A stretch of DNA of 64,000 nt from Paracoccaceae bacterium (lineage in GTDB: Bacteria > Pseudomonadota > Alphaproteobacteria > Rhodobacterales > Rhodobacteraceae): positions 38,485-102,484 of the forward strand of contig JBBWVU010000020.1 of NCBI GenBank assembly GCA_050256375.1, in the 5' to 3' direction. Position 1 is the first letter of the stretch; the number at the start of each line of letters is the position of its first letter. Positions 51,437 through 62,022 of the stretch are shown one piece after another. Made by a program: the position numbers and the translations under genes. The notes under the pieces are model-generated. The model made no database searches, was not told the origin of the DNA, and saw only the letters and a program-made list of their open reading frames with translations.

Positions 51437-52903
51437 ATGACTACACCCATCAGCATTAATTTCATCGAATCCAATATCGACGCCATCGCAAGCATCAATG
51501 GCAAGTTGGCCGTTCTGGTCAGCCCTGACGGCAAGATCGATACTTTGGCGCGGCGTGTGAACCGTCTTTCCAAAGGGGCGGTTGCGCGGTTCGCCGAAAG
51601 CGCTGCCTTTGCTAAGCTCGAAAATGGTGCTGGTGTTGCCTTGGCTTATCCAGCGGGAATGGTGGCTGAGGGTGTTATCGTTGTCAAACTGCCTAAATGC
51701 CCAACCGTTGTCGAGGCACGTAAGGCGGGTGCGACAATGGCTACCTACAAGGGCACGGGCGCATTGAGCGTTCTAGCCGCGAGCAATCCCAAGGCCGCTG
51801 ATATTTCCTATGGTCTGGCGTTGCGGGCGTACGACTTTATCGCGCATAAAACTGCCGATACCGACGACATTCAACCTGCCTCGATGATGGTCACCAATCC
51901 CGAGGGCGTCGCCGCCGAGGCGAGCCCAATGGCGGCACTGACCGAAGGTGTGTTCTTTACCCGCGATCTAATTAACGAACCGTCCAACATCCTGACAACA
52001 AACGATTTCGCCGCGCGTTTGGCGGCGATGCAGGAACTTGGCCTAGAGGTTGAGATTCTCGAGGAAGACGAACTGGCGAAGCTGGGCATGCGGACGCTTT
52101 TGGCTGTGGGGCAGGGTTCGACCAGCCCTTCCAAAGTTGTGGTGATGCGCTGGAACGGTGGTGGAGACGAGGCGCCCTTCGCGCTAGTTGGCAAGGGAGT
52201 TGTGTTCGACACAGGCGGTATTTCCATCAAGCCTTCGGCTGGCATGGAAGATATGACCATGGATATGGGCGGCGCTGGCGTCGTTTCGGGCGTTATGCGG
52301 GCCTTGGCGCTGCGCGGTGCAAAGGCCAACGTTGTTGGGGTTGTCGGGTTGGTTGAGAATATGCCGGACGGCGATGCGATGCGCCCCGGCGATGTGGTGC
52401 GATCCATGAAGGGTGATACGATTGAAATCAACAATACCGACGCTGAAGGGCGCTTGGTTTTGGCTGATATTCTTTGGTATACGCAGGAACGCTTTTCGCC
52501 TGTGGGCATGATTAACCTTGCGACGTTAACGGGTGCGATCATCATCGGTCTGGGGCATGACAACGCTGGTGTGTTCTCGAATAACGACGCACTTTGTGGC
52601 GACTTCCTTAAGGCAGCCGCGACTGAAAACGAGGGCGCATGGCGCATGCCGCTGTCGGCCGCTTACGACAAACTTTTGAAATCGCGGACGGCGGATATGA
52701 AGAACTCGTGTGGGCGGGCTGCTGGTGCGACGACTGCGGCGCAGTTCCTGCAACGGTTTGTTAAGAAAGATATGCCGTGGATTCACCTTGATATTGCCGG
52801 TGTAGCTTTGCTGACCGGAGACAGCGATTACGCCCCGAAAGGCGCGACTGGCTGGGGTGTTCGTTCGCTTGATCGTCTTATTCGCGATAAATACGAGGGC
52901 TGA
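51437..52903 (+). CDS. pepA: Leucyl aminopeptidase (M17)
   Basis: VGKGVVFDTGG, DMGGA and NTDAEGRL. Confidence 0.95.
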   Translation: MTTPISINFIESNIDAIASINGKLAVLVSPDGKIDTLARRVNRLSKGAVARFAESAAFAKLENGAGVALAYPAGMVAEGVIVVKLPKCPTVVEARKAGATMATYKGTGALSVLAASNPKAADISYGLALRAYDFIAHKTADTDDIQPASMMVTNPEGVAAEASPMAALTEGVFFTRDLINEPSNILTTNDFAARLAAMQELGLEVEILEEDELAKLGMRTLLAVGQGSTSPSKVVVMRWNGGGDEAPFALVGKGVVFDTGGISIKPSAGMEDMTMDMGGAGVVSGVMRALALRGAKANVVGVVGLVENMPDGDAMRPGDVVRSMKGDTIEINNTDAEGRLVLADILWYTQERFSPVGMINLATLTGAIIIGLGHDNAGVFSNNDALCGDFLKAAATENEGAWRMPLSAAYDKLLKSRTADMKNSCGRAAGATTAAQFLQRFVKKDMPWIHLDIAGVALLTGDSDYAPKGATGWGVRSLDRLIRDKYEG

Positions 52904-52906
52904 TCT

Positions 52907-53356
52907 GTGGCTGAAGTCCTCTTTTACCATTTGACCCAAACCCCGCTGGAACGCACTTTGCCTGAGCTTTTGGAAAAGTCGTTGCAACGCGGGTGGCGGG
53001 TGTTGGTAAAGGGGGGCGATGCTGATCGGCTGACTTTTCTAGATGGGGTACTTTGGACGTATCGCGACAATTCATTTTTACCTCATGGTGTCGCGGGTGA
53101 GGGGGCAGAACATCAACCAATTTACCTGACTGTTGATGATGATGAACCAAACAATGCTAATGTTTTGTTCTTGGTCGATGATGCCAGCTATCCGTTTGAC
53201 AAAATGAACGAATTTGACCGTGTTTGTTTGTTTTTCGATGGCAATGACCCAAATGCGGTATCGGCTGCGCGCGCAAACTGGACTGCCGTCGCCGAAGCGA
53301 AACTGCCAGCTAAATATTGGGCGCAAGAAGATGGGCGCTGGACGCAAAAGAAATAA
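52907..53356 (+). CDS. holC: DNA polymerase III subunit chi
   Basis: VLFYHL, LWTY...SFLPHG and R..W; follows pepA. Confidence 0.92.
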   Translation: MAEVLFYHLTQTPLERTLPELLEKSLQRGWRVLVKGGDADRLTFLDGVLWTYRDNSFLPHGVAGEGAEHQPIYLTVDDDEPNNANVLFLVDDASYPFDKMNEFDRVCLFFDGNDPNAVSAARANWTAVAEAKLPAKYWAQEDGRWTQKK

Positions 53357-53376
53357 ACGCGAGCACCGACAGCCCC

Positions 53377-53952
53377 TTAGGGATAAAGAAATAAGGTGTC
53401 TTCGATGATTTCTAACCGCGGAAATCGCCGCAAGTAGGCCATGCCAAGCAACGAAATGTCCATTTGGCCTTCCGACACGTATACGCGCAAATTTCTATCA
53501 ATCTGGTTTGAGAATTCAAGCGTATCAAGCGTTGTTTGCGCTGTTCGAACTGCGCCATTGGCCGTCTCAGCTATACCAATATACCTTAGGCTATCAAGGT
53601 CAATACCGGCGTTCTTCGCGTCCTGTGTGTTTAGGACGATATCGGTTGCACCTGTATCAATTACAAACAAAACACGCGCTCCATTTACCCGCATATCGGC
53701 GTAAAAATGCCCGTCACTTGAGCGCATTACACTGATTGCGTCCACCGACACAACACCTTGGCTAGGAAATAACTGTCGTTGAATTTGGTCTTTGAAGCCA
53801 TAAACAATAACGGCTGCCATGAATATCAGGAACCAGATCAACATTTGTTGCAGCATCGCGCCCATGCGTCCGCGATAGGCACGCAATACAAACGAGCCAA
53901 TGAAAAATCCTAGAATGGCATAGTAAACGAAATATGCGATTTCACCTGACAC
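53377..53952 (-). CDS. Clan AA aspartic protease (TIGR02281-like) with N-terminal TMs
   Basis: DGHFY, FVIDTGAT, TANG and SLLGM. Confidence 0.85.
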   Translation of the reverse strand: MSGEIAYFVYYAILGFFIGSFVLRAYRGRMGAMLQQMLIWFLIFMAAVIVYGFKDQIQRQLFPSQGVVSVDAISVMRSSDGHFYADMRVNGARVLFVIDTGATDIVLNTQDAKNAGIDLDSLRYIGIAETANGAVRTAQTTLDTLEFSNQIDRNLRVYVSEGQMDISLLGMAYLRRFPRLEIIEDTLFLYP

Positions 53953-54575
53953 TATAAACCCAACAAGCCGTAATCCCGCAGGCCATCCAGCACAAATTGT
54001 ACGGAAAGCGCCGCTAGGAACATACCCATTAGGCGGGTAATTAGGTTATTACCTGTTTGACCCAAAGCACGTTCCAGCATTCCGCTCGTCATGAACATCA
54101 GGAACACTAGGGCAAGAACAAGCAGCATAACCAAATGGACCATTATCTGACTCGCAACATCACCCGAGTATTGCCCCGTAAGCAGAATAATTGTGGTCAT
54201 TGATCCGGGGCCACCAATAAGAGGCATAGCAAGCGGGAATATCGCTGGATCAGTGCCATCATCACCTTCGGCGGTTTTTTCACGACGTGGGGTGCGTTTT
54301 TCGAATAACATTTCTATGGCCGTCAGAAACAACAGGATGCCCCCTGATATTCGGAACGCTGGCATACCTATACCGACTTTGTTCAGAATGAACTCACCTG
54401 CGAACCCGAAAAAGGCCAGCAGCCCAGCTGCTGTCAATATTGCGCGAATAGCAATGCTACGTCGTTGCTTCGCAGTTTTACCTGCTGTCAAAACGACGAA
54501 CAAAGGGGTCAAGCCGATAGGATCAATAATAACGATTAACGTTACAAAGGCAGACAATAGCAGTTCAATTTCCAT
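53952..54575 (-). CDS. MarC family membrane protein
   Basis: IIDPIG, FRISGGILLF, FPLAMPLIGGPG and RLMGMFLAALSVQF. Confidence 0.9.
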   Translation of the reverse strand: MEIELLLSAFVTLIVIIDPIGLTPLFVVLTAGKTAKQRRSIAIRAILTAAGLLAFFGFAGEFILNKVGIGMPAFRISGGILLFLTAIEMLFEKRTPRREKTAEGDDGTDPAIFPLAMPLIGGPGSMTTIILLTGQYSGDVASQIMVHLVMLLVLALVFLMFMTSGMLERALGQTGNNLITRLMGMFLAALSVQFVLDGLRDYGLLGL

Positions 54576-56419
54576 TATCCACGCGCCTCCAGTTTTTCCA
54601 GTGAAACCATCCAAAGTCCCTCTGCACGTTCCAACCCTTCGGTCACTTCGACGTGTTTTTTCTGCCACATACTGATCGCGGCGGCCTCGCCGTCATAAAA
54701 TCCGGGTTCGGCCATTTTCTGGTCCAATTTATTGCGCATTTCTTGCAATTTTACGACTCGCTCTTCGCAAGAAGCAACTTCGAGCTTCAGCTTTTCTTTA
54801 GGAACCTTTTTGACCTTACCATTTTTCTGCTTTTTCTTTTCCGACTTAGGCAACCCGCCGCGTTCGGACAAAAGCATTTTACGATAGGCGTCCATGTCCT
54901 CGGTGTACGGCGTCACGTTGCCGTCTTTAACCAGCCACAAGCGGTCAGCCACCAATTCCACCAGCGATTGGTCATGGCTGACGAGGATTACGGCACCCGT
55001 GTATTCGGTCAACGCGGCTACCAAAGCCTCGCGAGACTGGATATCAAGGTGGTTTGTTGGCTCATCGAGGATAATCATATGCGGTGCGTCAATCGTTGCA
55101 ATCAGCAGCGACAACCGTGCTTTTTGCCCACCTGATAGCCGACCAACTTTGGTTTCGACAATATCCGAACTCATACCACCCGCCGCTAACCGCGAACGAA
55201 TGCGACCAGGTAATTCTTTCGGACGCAGGCGTTGAATATGCTGAATAGGCGTGTCGTCCAGCTCAAGTTCATCGACTTGATGTTGTGCGAAAAATCCGAC
55301 CCGCAGCTTGGAGGACGCATATTTGTTGCCCGACATAACCGTCAACCGATCCGCCAACAGCTTCGCAAACGTCGATTTTCCCTGCCCGTTAGCTCCTAGC
55401 AGTGCGATGCGGTCGTCTTGGTCAATCCGCAGGTCCAGATTACGTAATACAACTTTGCCGTCATAGCCGACACTGGCGTTTTCAAGGCGAATAATCGGTG
55501 GGCTTAACTCTTCAGGTTCTGGGAAGTTGAACGGGGTGACATGATCGCCAACAATCGGCGCGAGAGTCCCCATCCGTTCCAGCGCCTTGATCCGGCTCTG
55601 CGCCTGCTTGGCCTTGCTGGCCTTGTAGCGGAAACGGTCGATATAAGATTGCATATGCTCGCGCTGCGCATCCTGCTTTTTCTTCTGCGCGACCATCTGT
55701 TCCAGTTTCGCACGACGGGTGTTTTCGAACGTGTCGTAATTGCCCGTATAAAGCGTCAGTTTCTGTTGGTCCAAATGCAGAATTTGCGTCACAGAACGGT
55801 TCAACAACGCCTTATCGTGACTGATGATCAGTACGGTGTGCGGATACCGTGTCAGATAGTTTTCCAGCCAAATAGAACCCTCAAGGTCCAGATAGTTGGT
55901 CGGCTCATCTAGCAACAAGAAATCGGGCTGCGAGAACAACACAGCTGCTAACGCCACGCGCATCCGCCAACCGCCTGAAAAATCCGAGCAAGGTTGCTGT
56001 TGTGCTTCACTATCAAAACCAAGACCGTGCAGAATGCTGGCGGCACGCGCTTCGGCCGAATGCGCCTCGATGTCAGCAAGGCGCATATAGATGTCGGAAA
56101 TGCGGGTAGGGTCCGTAGCAGTATCGGCCTCGGCCAACAATTCCGTGCGCTCAACATCCGCAGCAAGAACCACAGAGATCAGGCTTTCTGGCCCCGAGGG
56201 AACCTCCTGCGCGATACCACCAATACGCGCCCCGCGCGGGATCTCGATCTCGCCTTCATCCAAAACCCATTCACCACGGATCAACTTGAAAAGTGTTGTT
56301 TTACCCGCACCATTCCGACCCACAATCCCGACCTTATGGCCAGAGGGGATAGTAACAGTCGAGCTGTCGATAAGTTTGCGACCCTCAAGGGTGAACGATA
56401 TGTTTTTAATGGCTAGCAT
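54575..56419 (-). CDS. ABC-F family ATP-binding protein
   Basis: Two NBDs (GRNGAGKTT and GANGQGKST), FSGGWRMR, LDEPTN twice; no TM segments. Confidence 0.92.
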   Translation of the reverse strand: MLAIKNISFTLEGRKLIDSSTVTIPSGHKVGIVGRNGAGKTTLFKLIRGEWVLDEGEIEIPRGARIGGIAQEVPSGPESLISVVLAADVERTELLAEADTATDPTRISDIYMRLADIEAHSAEARAASILHGLGFDSEAQQQPCSDFSGGWRMRVALAAVLFSQPDFLLLDEPTNYLDLEGSIWLENYLTRYPHTVLIISHDKALLNRSVTQILHLDQQKLTLYTGNYDTFENTRRAKLEQMVAQKKKQDAQREHMQSYIDRFRYKASKAKQAQSRIKALERMGTLAPIVGDHVTPFNFPEPEELSPPIIRLENASVGYDGKVVLRNLDLRIDQDDRIALLGANGQGKSTFAKLLADRLTVMSGNKYASSKLRVGFFAQHQVDELELDDTPIQHIQRLRPKELPGRIRSRLAAGGMSSDIVETKVGRLSGGQKARLSLLIATIDAPHMIILDEPTNHLDIQSREALVAALTEYTGAVILVSHDQSLVELVADRLWLVKDGNVTPYTEDMDAYRKMLLSERGGLPKSEKKKQKNGKVKKVPKEKLKLEVASCEERVVKLQEMRNKLDQKMAEPGFYDGEAAAISMWQKKHVEVTEGLERAEGLWMVSLEKLEARG

Positions 56420-56543
56420 GGGCGGGTATTTCGCCGTTCTGCGCGGCCGAGTCAATGGCCCAGAATAATTAGCCCTTCACAGACGCCAAACCCCATGATA
56501 GGTGCGCGCCAGATACATCACAAACATTCCAAAGGACATCAAA

Positions 56544-56966
56544 ATGGCTATTCAACGCACATTCTCAATCATCAAACCAGACGCCACAAAACGTAACCTG
56601 ACTGGCGCAATCGCGGCCAAGTTCGAAGCCGCGGGCCTGCGCATCGTTGCATCCAAGCGCATCCAGATGACACTGGCGCAAGCCGAAACATTCTACGGCG
56701 TGCATTCCGAACGTCCATTCTTTGGCGAACTTTGCGAATTCATGATCTCCGAGCCTATCGTTGTTCAGGTTCTGGAAGGCGAAGACGCAATCGCGAAAAA
56801 CCGCGAAGTCATGGGCGCAACCGATCCTGCCGACGCCGACGAGGGCACAATTCGTAAAGAATTCGCACTTTCCATCGGTGAAAACTCGGTTCACGGCTCC
56901 GACGCACCAGAAACAGCTGCCGAAGAAATCGCGTTCTTCTTTTCCGGTCTTGAACTGGTTGGCTAA
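56544..56966 (+). CDS. ndk: Nucleoside diphosphate kinase
   Basis: [10 protein letters not shown] and NSVHGSD. Confidence 0.97.
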   Translation: MAIQRTFSIIKPDATKRNLTGAIAAKFEAAGLRIVASKRIQMTLAQAETFYGVHSERPFFGELCEFMISEPIVVQVLEGEDAIAKNREVMGATDPADADEGTIRKEFALSIGENSVHGSDAPETAAEEIAFFFSGLELVG

Positions 56967-57301
56967 TCCGGCGCTCTAACGCCAAGTTTATCAAGGGCTG
57001 CTTCAATATCGGAGCGGCCCGTTTTCTTTGCGCCAAGGGTTTCTGCAACCATCAGATCGAATTTCTTACGCAAGTTCGACTTTTCAACGCCCTGACAAGC
57101 ATTCCACGGGCGGCCCTGTAGGCCCATGACCAGCGCGTAATATCCAATGAAATGCGGACGCGTACCGTTTTCAAGCACCAGACGATATCCTTCATCGGCA
57201 CCTAGTTCGCGAAGTTGCTCTGCAGAATTCACGCCTGCACTGGCGAATATGGCTTCGGTCGAAGGTCCAAGATTGCGAATGGCGGAAACGGGTTCGGTCA
57301 T
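56963..57301 (-). CDS. TfoX/Sxy C-terminal-like small protein
   Basis: IRNLGP...AG......LRELGA.E.Y...[21 protein letters not shown]. Confidence 0.7.
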   Translation of the reverse strand: MTEPVSAIRNLGPSTEAIFASAGVNSAEQLRELGADEGYRLVLENGTRPHFIGYYALVMGLQGRPWNACQGVEKSNLRKKFDLMVAETLGAKKTGRSDIEAALDKLGVRAPD

Positions 57302-57341
57302 GATACCTCTTTATAACAAGAAAATAGTATCAAGTGAGATT

Positions 57342-58403
57342 TCAGGTCAAGCCAGCCCGATTTAACGCATCATCGAATGTCTGCGCTGCGTTAAGCCATT
57401 CTTCACCATGCGGATAGGTCAGCAGGGATTTAACCATCTGTGAAGAGAAATCTTCGCTAGCCTCGCGTGGAAGCAATGAGGGTAAATTGTCGATCGCCGT
57501 CAATTCCATTTCTTCGCGAATACCGTTTTTACCTAGCGATACAAACGGAGCATCCCAACCTGTCGGTGCATTATAAATCGGCAAAGGATTGAAATCACTG
57601 AAGGGGTCACATGACACGTCAGAGATCATTTGAATGAAATTCAACGGGTTGGAAATGTCGTCAACCATTAACAACTGTAAACCGGGACCGGTCATTAACA
57701 CACAGTTAACCAACAAATCGTGCGCCATCAACGCTGGCTTATCCAGATTTCGCGTTTCCGCCATATCCCATTCGGTTACCTCAAATCCAGCCAGTTTTAA
57801 CGCCTCGATAGCACCAGAGCCGGAACGCCCCTTTGCCCCGGTCACTACCGCGCGACGTGGCTTCATGCAGGTGCTCGACAGATTCCGCAAAATATCCTCA
57901 ACCTCACCGCGCGTCTCAAAGCTAATAACGCCGACCTCCGGTCCCGCAACTCCGTTCCAACGCGCCAACAAACGCCAAGCCGCCAATGCTGCACCCATCC
58001 ACCCAGCCCAATATCCAAATGCCGCAACCCGTCTCTCTTCTTTGGTTAAATACTCAATATCGTAAAGCTGTCCACCACCGCGATGAAAACGTTTGATCTC
58101 GGCCTCCCAGCCGGTTTGGTCTTTAAAAATATGTGCAAAATGTATGAATCGAGCATTAAGATCAACGGGTTCCTCCGGCAGTTCCTTCAGTCCTAGCACT
58201 GTCGCGTCAGTGACCGTCAACCAAGCCCCCGCGTTAACCAGTTCGCAACCAACGGCCGCGTATTCGGAATCGATAAAAACCCGTTTATCGCTCCGCTCGA
58301 CCGAAATTTCAAACCCTGCATTGAGCAAAGTTTTCGCATCTTTCGGGGTCACAGCTGTGCGCCGCTCGGTTGCGCGGGCTTCGTCTCGGAGGATAAATTT
58401 CAT
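57342..58403 (-). CDS. Saccharopine dehydrogenase (NAD+, lysine-forming, Lys1-like)
   Basis: LRDE....ERRT, GLKELP, HFAH, YDIEYL, RVAAFG.WAG, DVSCD and AIDNLPSLLPREASEDFS. Confidence 0.78.
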   Translation of the reverse strand: MKFILRDEARATERRTAVTPKDAKTLLNAGFEISVERSDKRVFIDSEYAAVGCELVNAGAWLTVTDATVLGLKELPEEPVDLNARFIHFAHIFKDQTGWEAEIKRFHRGGGQLYDIEYLTKEERRVAAFGYWAGWMGAALAAWRLLARWNGVAGPEVGVISFETRGEVEDILRNLSSTCMKPRRAVVTGAKGRSGSGAIEALKLAGFEVTEWDMAETRNLDKPALMAHDLLVNCVLMTGPGLQLLMVDDISNPLNFIQMISDVSCDPFSDFNPLPIYNAPTGWDAPFVSLGKNGIREEMELTAIDNLPSLLPREASEDFSSQMVKSLLTYPHGEEWLNAAQTFDDALNRAGLT

Positions 58404-58412
58404 CGTGCGTCC

Positions 58413-59009
58413 TTAGGAAAACAGGCTGACTTTCATGTCGTCGTTATCCGCAAACTTACGCAACATCGCAGGGTAGAGTCTATGCTCCATCGGTAATAAT
58501 CTTTTAGCCAGATCGTCGGCAGTATCACCCGCCAAAACAGGAATAACCGCCTGGCCTAATATCGGCCCGCCATCCAGTTCGGCCGTGACTTGGTGAACCG
58601 AACACCCGTGAACGACCATCCCCGCATCAAGCGCACGCTGGTGCGTATGCAGTCCAGTAAAAAGCGGTAGGATCGAGGGGTGAATGTTCAACATCCTGTC
58701 TCGCCATTTCTCAATAAAATTCGGTGTCAAAATTCGCATAAATCCAGCCAAACAGATTATGTCAGGGTTCGCTTTCAACAAGGCCGCATGTAAATCAGCT
58801 TCGAATCCTGCGCGATCACCTTTGTACGGGCGATGGTCAACCACAGCTGTCGCAATTCCCATATTAGTTGCTTTGGCCAATCCGCCCGCGTTAGGATTGT
58901 TTGACAAAACGAGCACCGCCTTGGCAGGATGCGCTGCATCCATATCCCGCGCCAGCGCCACCATGTTCGAGCCACCACCAGAAATCAGAATGGCGACTCT
59001 TTTTTTCAT
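58413..59009 (-). CDS. purN: Phosphoribosylglycinamide formyltransferase
   Basis: [24 protein letters not shown] and DGGPI. Confidence 0.96.
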   Translation of the reverse strand: MKKRVAILISGGGSNMVALARDMDAAHPAKAVLVLSNNPNAGGLAKATNMGIATAVVDHRPYKGDRAGFEADLHAALLKANPDIICLAGFMRILTPNFIEKWRDRMLNIHPSILPLFTGLHTHQRALDAGMVVHGCSVHQVTAELDGGPILGQAVIPVLAGDTADDLAKRLLPMEHRLYPAMLRKFADNDDMKVSLFS

Positions 59010-60052
59010 GCCAGCGTGCCCGAAAACGTAACGCTGTCGCCCTTAACGACCGTGCCCATATTGAACACTGTCTCGCCGTTTTCTTCGAATATCGCTTGCA
59101 ACGCTTCGACGCGGTCTGGTGCAACCACGGCGATCATGCCGATGCCGCAGTTGAAAGTCTTCAGCAGCTCGCTTTGTGCCATGCCAGCCTGATCCACTAG
59201 CCATTTAATGACAGGCGGTAAGTTCCAAGCAGTCAAATCAATGTCAGCACCAAGCCCCTCGGGCAATGCGCGCGGCAGGTTTTCAGTCAGGCCACCGCCG
59301 GTGATATGCGCTAAAGCATGCAATCCACCAGCGCGGTAAGCCGCAAGGCCCGAACGCACGTAAAGCTTGGTCGGGGCCAGTAAAGATTCGCCCAACGAAC
59401 CATCTCCAAACGGGCAGGACGCGTTCCATGCAAGGCCGGAGTTCTCAACAATTTTGCGCACCAGCGAGTAACCGTTCGAATGCACGCCGCTTGACGCCAA
59501 GCCCAGTAGAACGTCGCCGTCGGCCACGCCAGCAGGTAGCATCGCCCCGCGTTCCATCGCACCGACCGAGAAACCCGCTAGGTCGAAATCGCCCTTGGCA
59601 TACATCCCCGGCATTTCGGCGGTCTCGCCACCAACCAATGCAGAATTCGACAGGCGACACCCCTCGGCGATCCCCTCTACCACAGTCGCGGCCTCGTTAA
59701 TATCCAGTTTACCTGTTGCGAAGTAATCGAGGAAGAACAGAGGCTCCGCACCCTGACAAACAAGGTCGTTCACACACATCGCCACTAGATCAATGCCAAC
59801 TGTGGAAAGGATACCCGTATCAATCGCGATTCGCAGCTTTGTGCCTACACCGTCAGTCGCTGCAACCAGAATTGGGTCTTTATAGCCAGCGGCCTTAAGG
59901 TCGAACATCGCACCGAAACCGCCCAAACCGTCCATAACACCGGAACGGTTGGTGCTTGCAGCGGCGGGCTTGATCCGCTCCACCAGCGCGTTGCCTGCAT
60001 CAATATCAACACCTGCGTCGGCATAGGTTAGGCCATTGGGTCGGTCGGACAT
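59006..60052 (-). CDS. purM: Phosphoribosylaminoimidazole synthetase
   Basis: [30 protein letters not shown] and FNCGIG. Confidence 0.97.
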   Translation of the reverse strand: MSDRPNGLTYADAGVDIDAGNALVERIKPAAASTNRSGVMDGLGGFGAMFDLKAAGYKDPILVAATDGVGTKLRIAIDTGILSTVGIDLVAMCVNDLVCQGAEPLFFLDYFATGKLDINEAATVVEGIAEGCRLSNSALVGGETAEMPGMYAKGDFDLAGFSVGAMERGAMLPAGVADGDVLLGLASSGVHSNGYSLVRKIVENSGLAWNASCPFGDGSLGESLLAPTKLYVRSGLAAYRAGGLHALAHITGGGLTENLPRALPEGLGADIDLTAWNLPPVIKWLVDQAGMAQSELLKTFNCGIGMIAVVAPDRVEALQAIFEENGETVFNMGTVVKGDSVTFSGTLA

Positions 60053-60158
60053 ATCACGCTCCTGCACTGCATCAATTTGGGCATGCTTTACCCCAGCAAT
60101 AAACAAAAGGGAAGCCACTTGACCCCCCTAAATCATCCGCGTATTGAGTGCCACAGGC

Positions 60159-60235
60159 GGGCCTGTAGCTCAGTTGGTTAGAGCAGAGCGCTCATAACGC
60201 TTTTGTCGCAGGTTCAAGTCCTGCCGGGCCTACCA
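60159..60235 (+). tRNA. tRNA with CAT anticodon (probably tRNA-Ile2/lysidine type; elongator Met not excluded)
   Basis: 77 nt: GGGCCTG acceptor stem, D arm TAGCTCAGTTGGTTAGAGC, anticodon arm GAGCG-CTCATAA-CGCTT, T loop GGTTCAAGTCC and encoded CCA. G1:U72 pairing argues against initiator tRNA. Confidence 0.93.
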
Positions 60236-60239
60236 AAAA

Positions 60240-61358
60240 TCATTCCAACGCTGAAATCATCATCCGTCGATCGAAGCTGACGCTTTTTATCAGGGCAAAA
60301 GCGTCTTGCCTAACTTCCAGCCCTAATTCGGCCACCGCCTGCCGCGTGATCCTTGCCCGCAAGCTTTGGAACCCAACGGTAAAAATGATCTCGGCGAAGG
60401 CTGTGTTCGGTTCGACCTTGATCTCGGAAATAGTGGCAGCGATGGTATTCCGGATGCTGATCCCCTCGGGGCGTTTTACGGCGATGGCCACGTCACGAGC
60501 GCGAACGCGTAAGCGGATGCGGTCACCGATGTTCAGCGAGGCTACCATGGGCATGCGCAACACTTCGTCCTCGAATTTCAGTGTTGTGATTTGGAATTCT
60601 ACGTCTTGTCCGATAACCGTCACTTGCAAAAAACTGCCTGCTTCGAATTTTCCGGTGAAGTCGTGCATTTCTTGCGTATCAAATATCTCGGGGATGGGGC
60701 CGCGGGCGCTGACACGGCCGTTTGGCGAAAGCAGGATGACCTCGTCAGCCAGTCGCGCTACTTCGCCGATGGCATGGCTGACGAAAATCACCGGAACGCC
60801 GAACTCGCGCGGGATTTTGTCTAGAAACGGCAACAGCTCGGCCTTGCGGCGTATGTCGAGGGCCGACAGCGGTTCGTCCAGCAACAACAGTTCCGGTTGA
60901 GTCAAAAGAGTTCGACCTAAAGCCACGCGTTGTTTTTCGCCGCCTGATAATGTCGAGGGATGGGATGTTAACAATTTGGCAAGGTCTAGTGCCTCGACAA
61001 CCCGTTCCATTGTGATCGGGATAGCAACCTTGCGGCAGCGTTTGTTGGCAAAGGACAGATTGCCCGAAACGTTGAGGTGCGGGAACAAGCGGTCGTCCTG
61101 AAATACCATTCCGACGGAGCGTTGATGGGGGGGGCGGAAGATTCCGGATTTTGTGTCGGTCCAAATTTCTCCGTTGAATTCCACGAATAAATTACCGCGT
61201 GTCTCAAGGCCTGCGATTACCCGTAACAGGGTGCTTTTACCACTGCCACTTGGCCCGAATAAGGCTGTGGTGCCTGTCAGGGGTACGATTTCGTTAACGT
61301 TAATTGTGTGACCGGCAAAGGGAAGTTTTGCCCGAATTATAAGCGATTTACCCGACAT
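60240..61358 (-). CDS. modC: Molybdate ABC transporter ATP-binding protein
   Basis: GPSGSGKST, LSGGEKQRVALGR, LDEPLS and C-terminal TOBE-like segment (SIRN...FALIKSV). Confidence 0.92.
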   Translation of the reverse strand: MSGKSLIIRAKLPFAGHTINVNEIVPLTGTTALFGPSGSGKSTLLRVIAGLETRGNLFVEFNGEIWTDTKSGIFRPPHQRSVGMVFQDDRLFPHLNVSGNLSFANKRCRKVAIPITMERVVEALDLAKLLTSHPSTLSGGEKQRVALGRTLLTQPELLLLDEPLSALDIRRKAELLPFLDKIPREFGVPVIFVSHAIGEVARLADEVILLSPNGRVSARGPIPEIFDTQEMHDFTGKFEAGSFLQVTVIGQDVEFQITTLKFEDEVLRMPMVASLNIGDRIRLRVRARDVAIAVKRPEGISIRNTIAATISEIKVEPNTAFAEIIFTVGFQSLRARITRQAVAELGLEVRQDAFALIKSVSFDRRMMISALE

Positions 61359-62022
61359 GAACGGCCAGCTTCCGGTTCATCGAATAGACCGCGAGAAGAA
61401 CGATGAACGAGAATATCATCAACCCGCCAGCCAGTTGATGCGCCTGCGCGTATTGTAATGTTTCCACGTGCTCATAAATGGCAATCGAGATCACTTTGGT
61501 CTGGCCGGGGATATTGCCGCCAACCATCAAAACCACACCGAATTCGCCGATTGTGTGGGTAAAACTGAGGACGATCGCGGTTAGAAAGCCGCGTCGGGCC
61601 AACGGCACGGCAACTGTAAAGAAAGCGTTAATTGGCGAGGCGCGGAGCGTTGCAGCGGCCTCCATCGGGGCGCGGCCTATGGCTTGGAAGGCGGTTTGTA
61701 ATGGTTGCACCATGAATGGTAAGGAGTAGAACATCGACGCGATGACCAGTCCGGTGAACGAAAATGTTAGCGTTTCGCCCGTAATGTCGACCCAGAATCG
61801 TCCGATTGTTGAAGTTGGGCTAAGAAGGATCAGGAAATAAAACCCGATGACGGTTGGGGGCAAAACGATGGGTAGGGCGGTCAGCGCCTCGACGAACGGG
61901 CGCGCTTTGGCGGTGGTATTGGCCAGCCACCACGCCAGCGGTGTGCCCAGCAGTAACAGAAAAATTGTCGTCGTTCCGGCGAGCTGGATTGTTAACCATA
62001 AAGGGGAAAGGTCCACCATCAT
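61348..62022 (-). CDS. modB: Molybdate ABC transporter permease
   Basis: LPIVLPPTVIGF, EAAATL and GEFGVVLMVGGNIPG.T. Confidence 0.95.
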   Translation of the reverse strand: MMVDLSPLWLTIQLAGTTTIFLLLLGTPLAWWLANTTAKARPFVEALTALPIVLPPTVIGFYFLILLSPTSTIGRFWVDITGETLTFSFTGLVIASMFYSLPFMVQPLQTAFQAIGRAPMEAAATLRASPINAFFTVAVPLARRGFLTAIVLSFTHTIGEFGVVLMVGGNIPGQTKVISIAIYEHVETLQYAQAHQLAGGLMIFSFIVLLAVYSMNRKLAVHVG

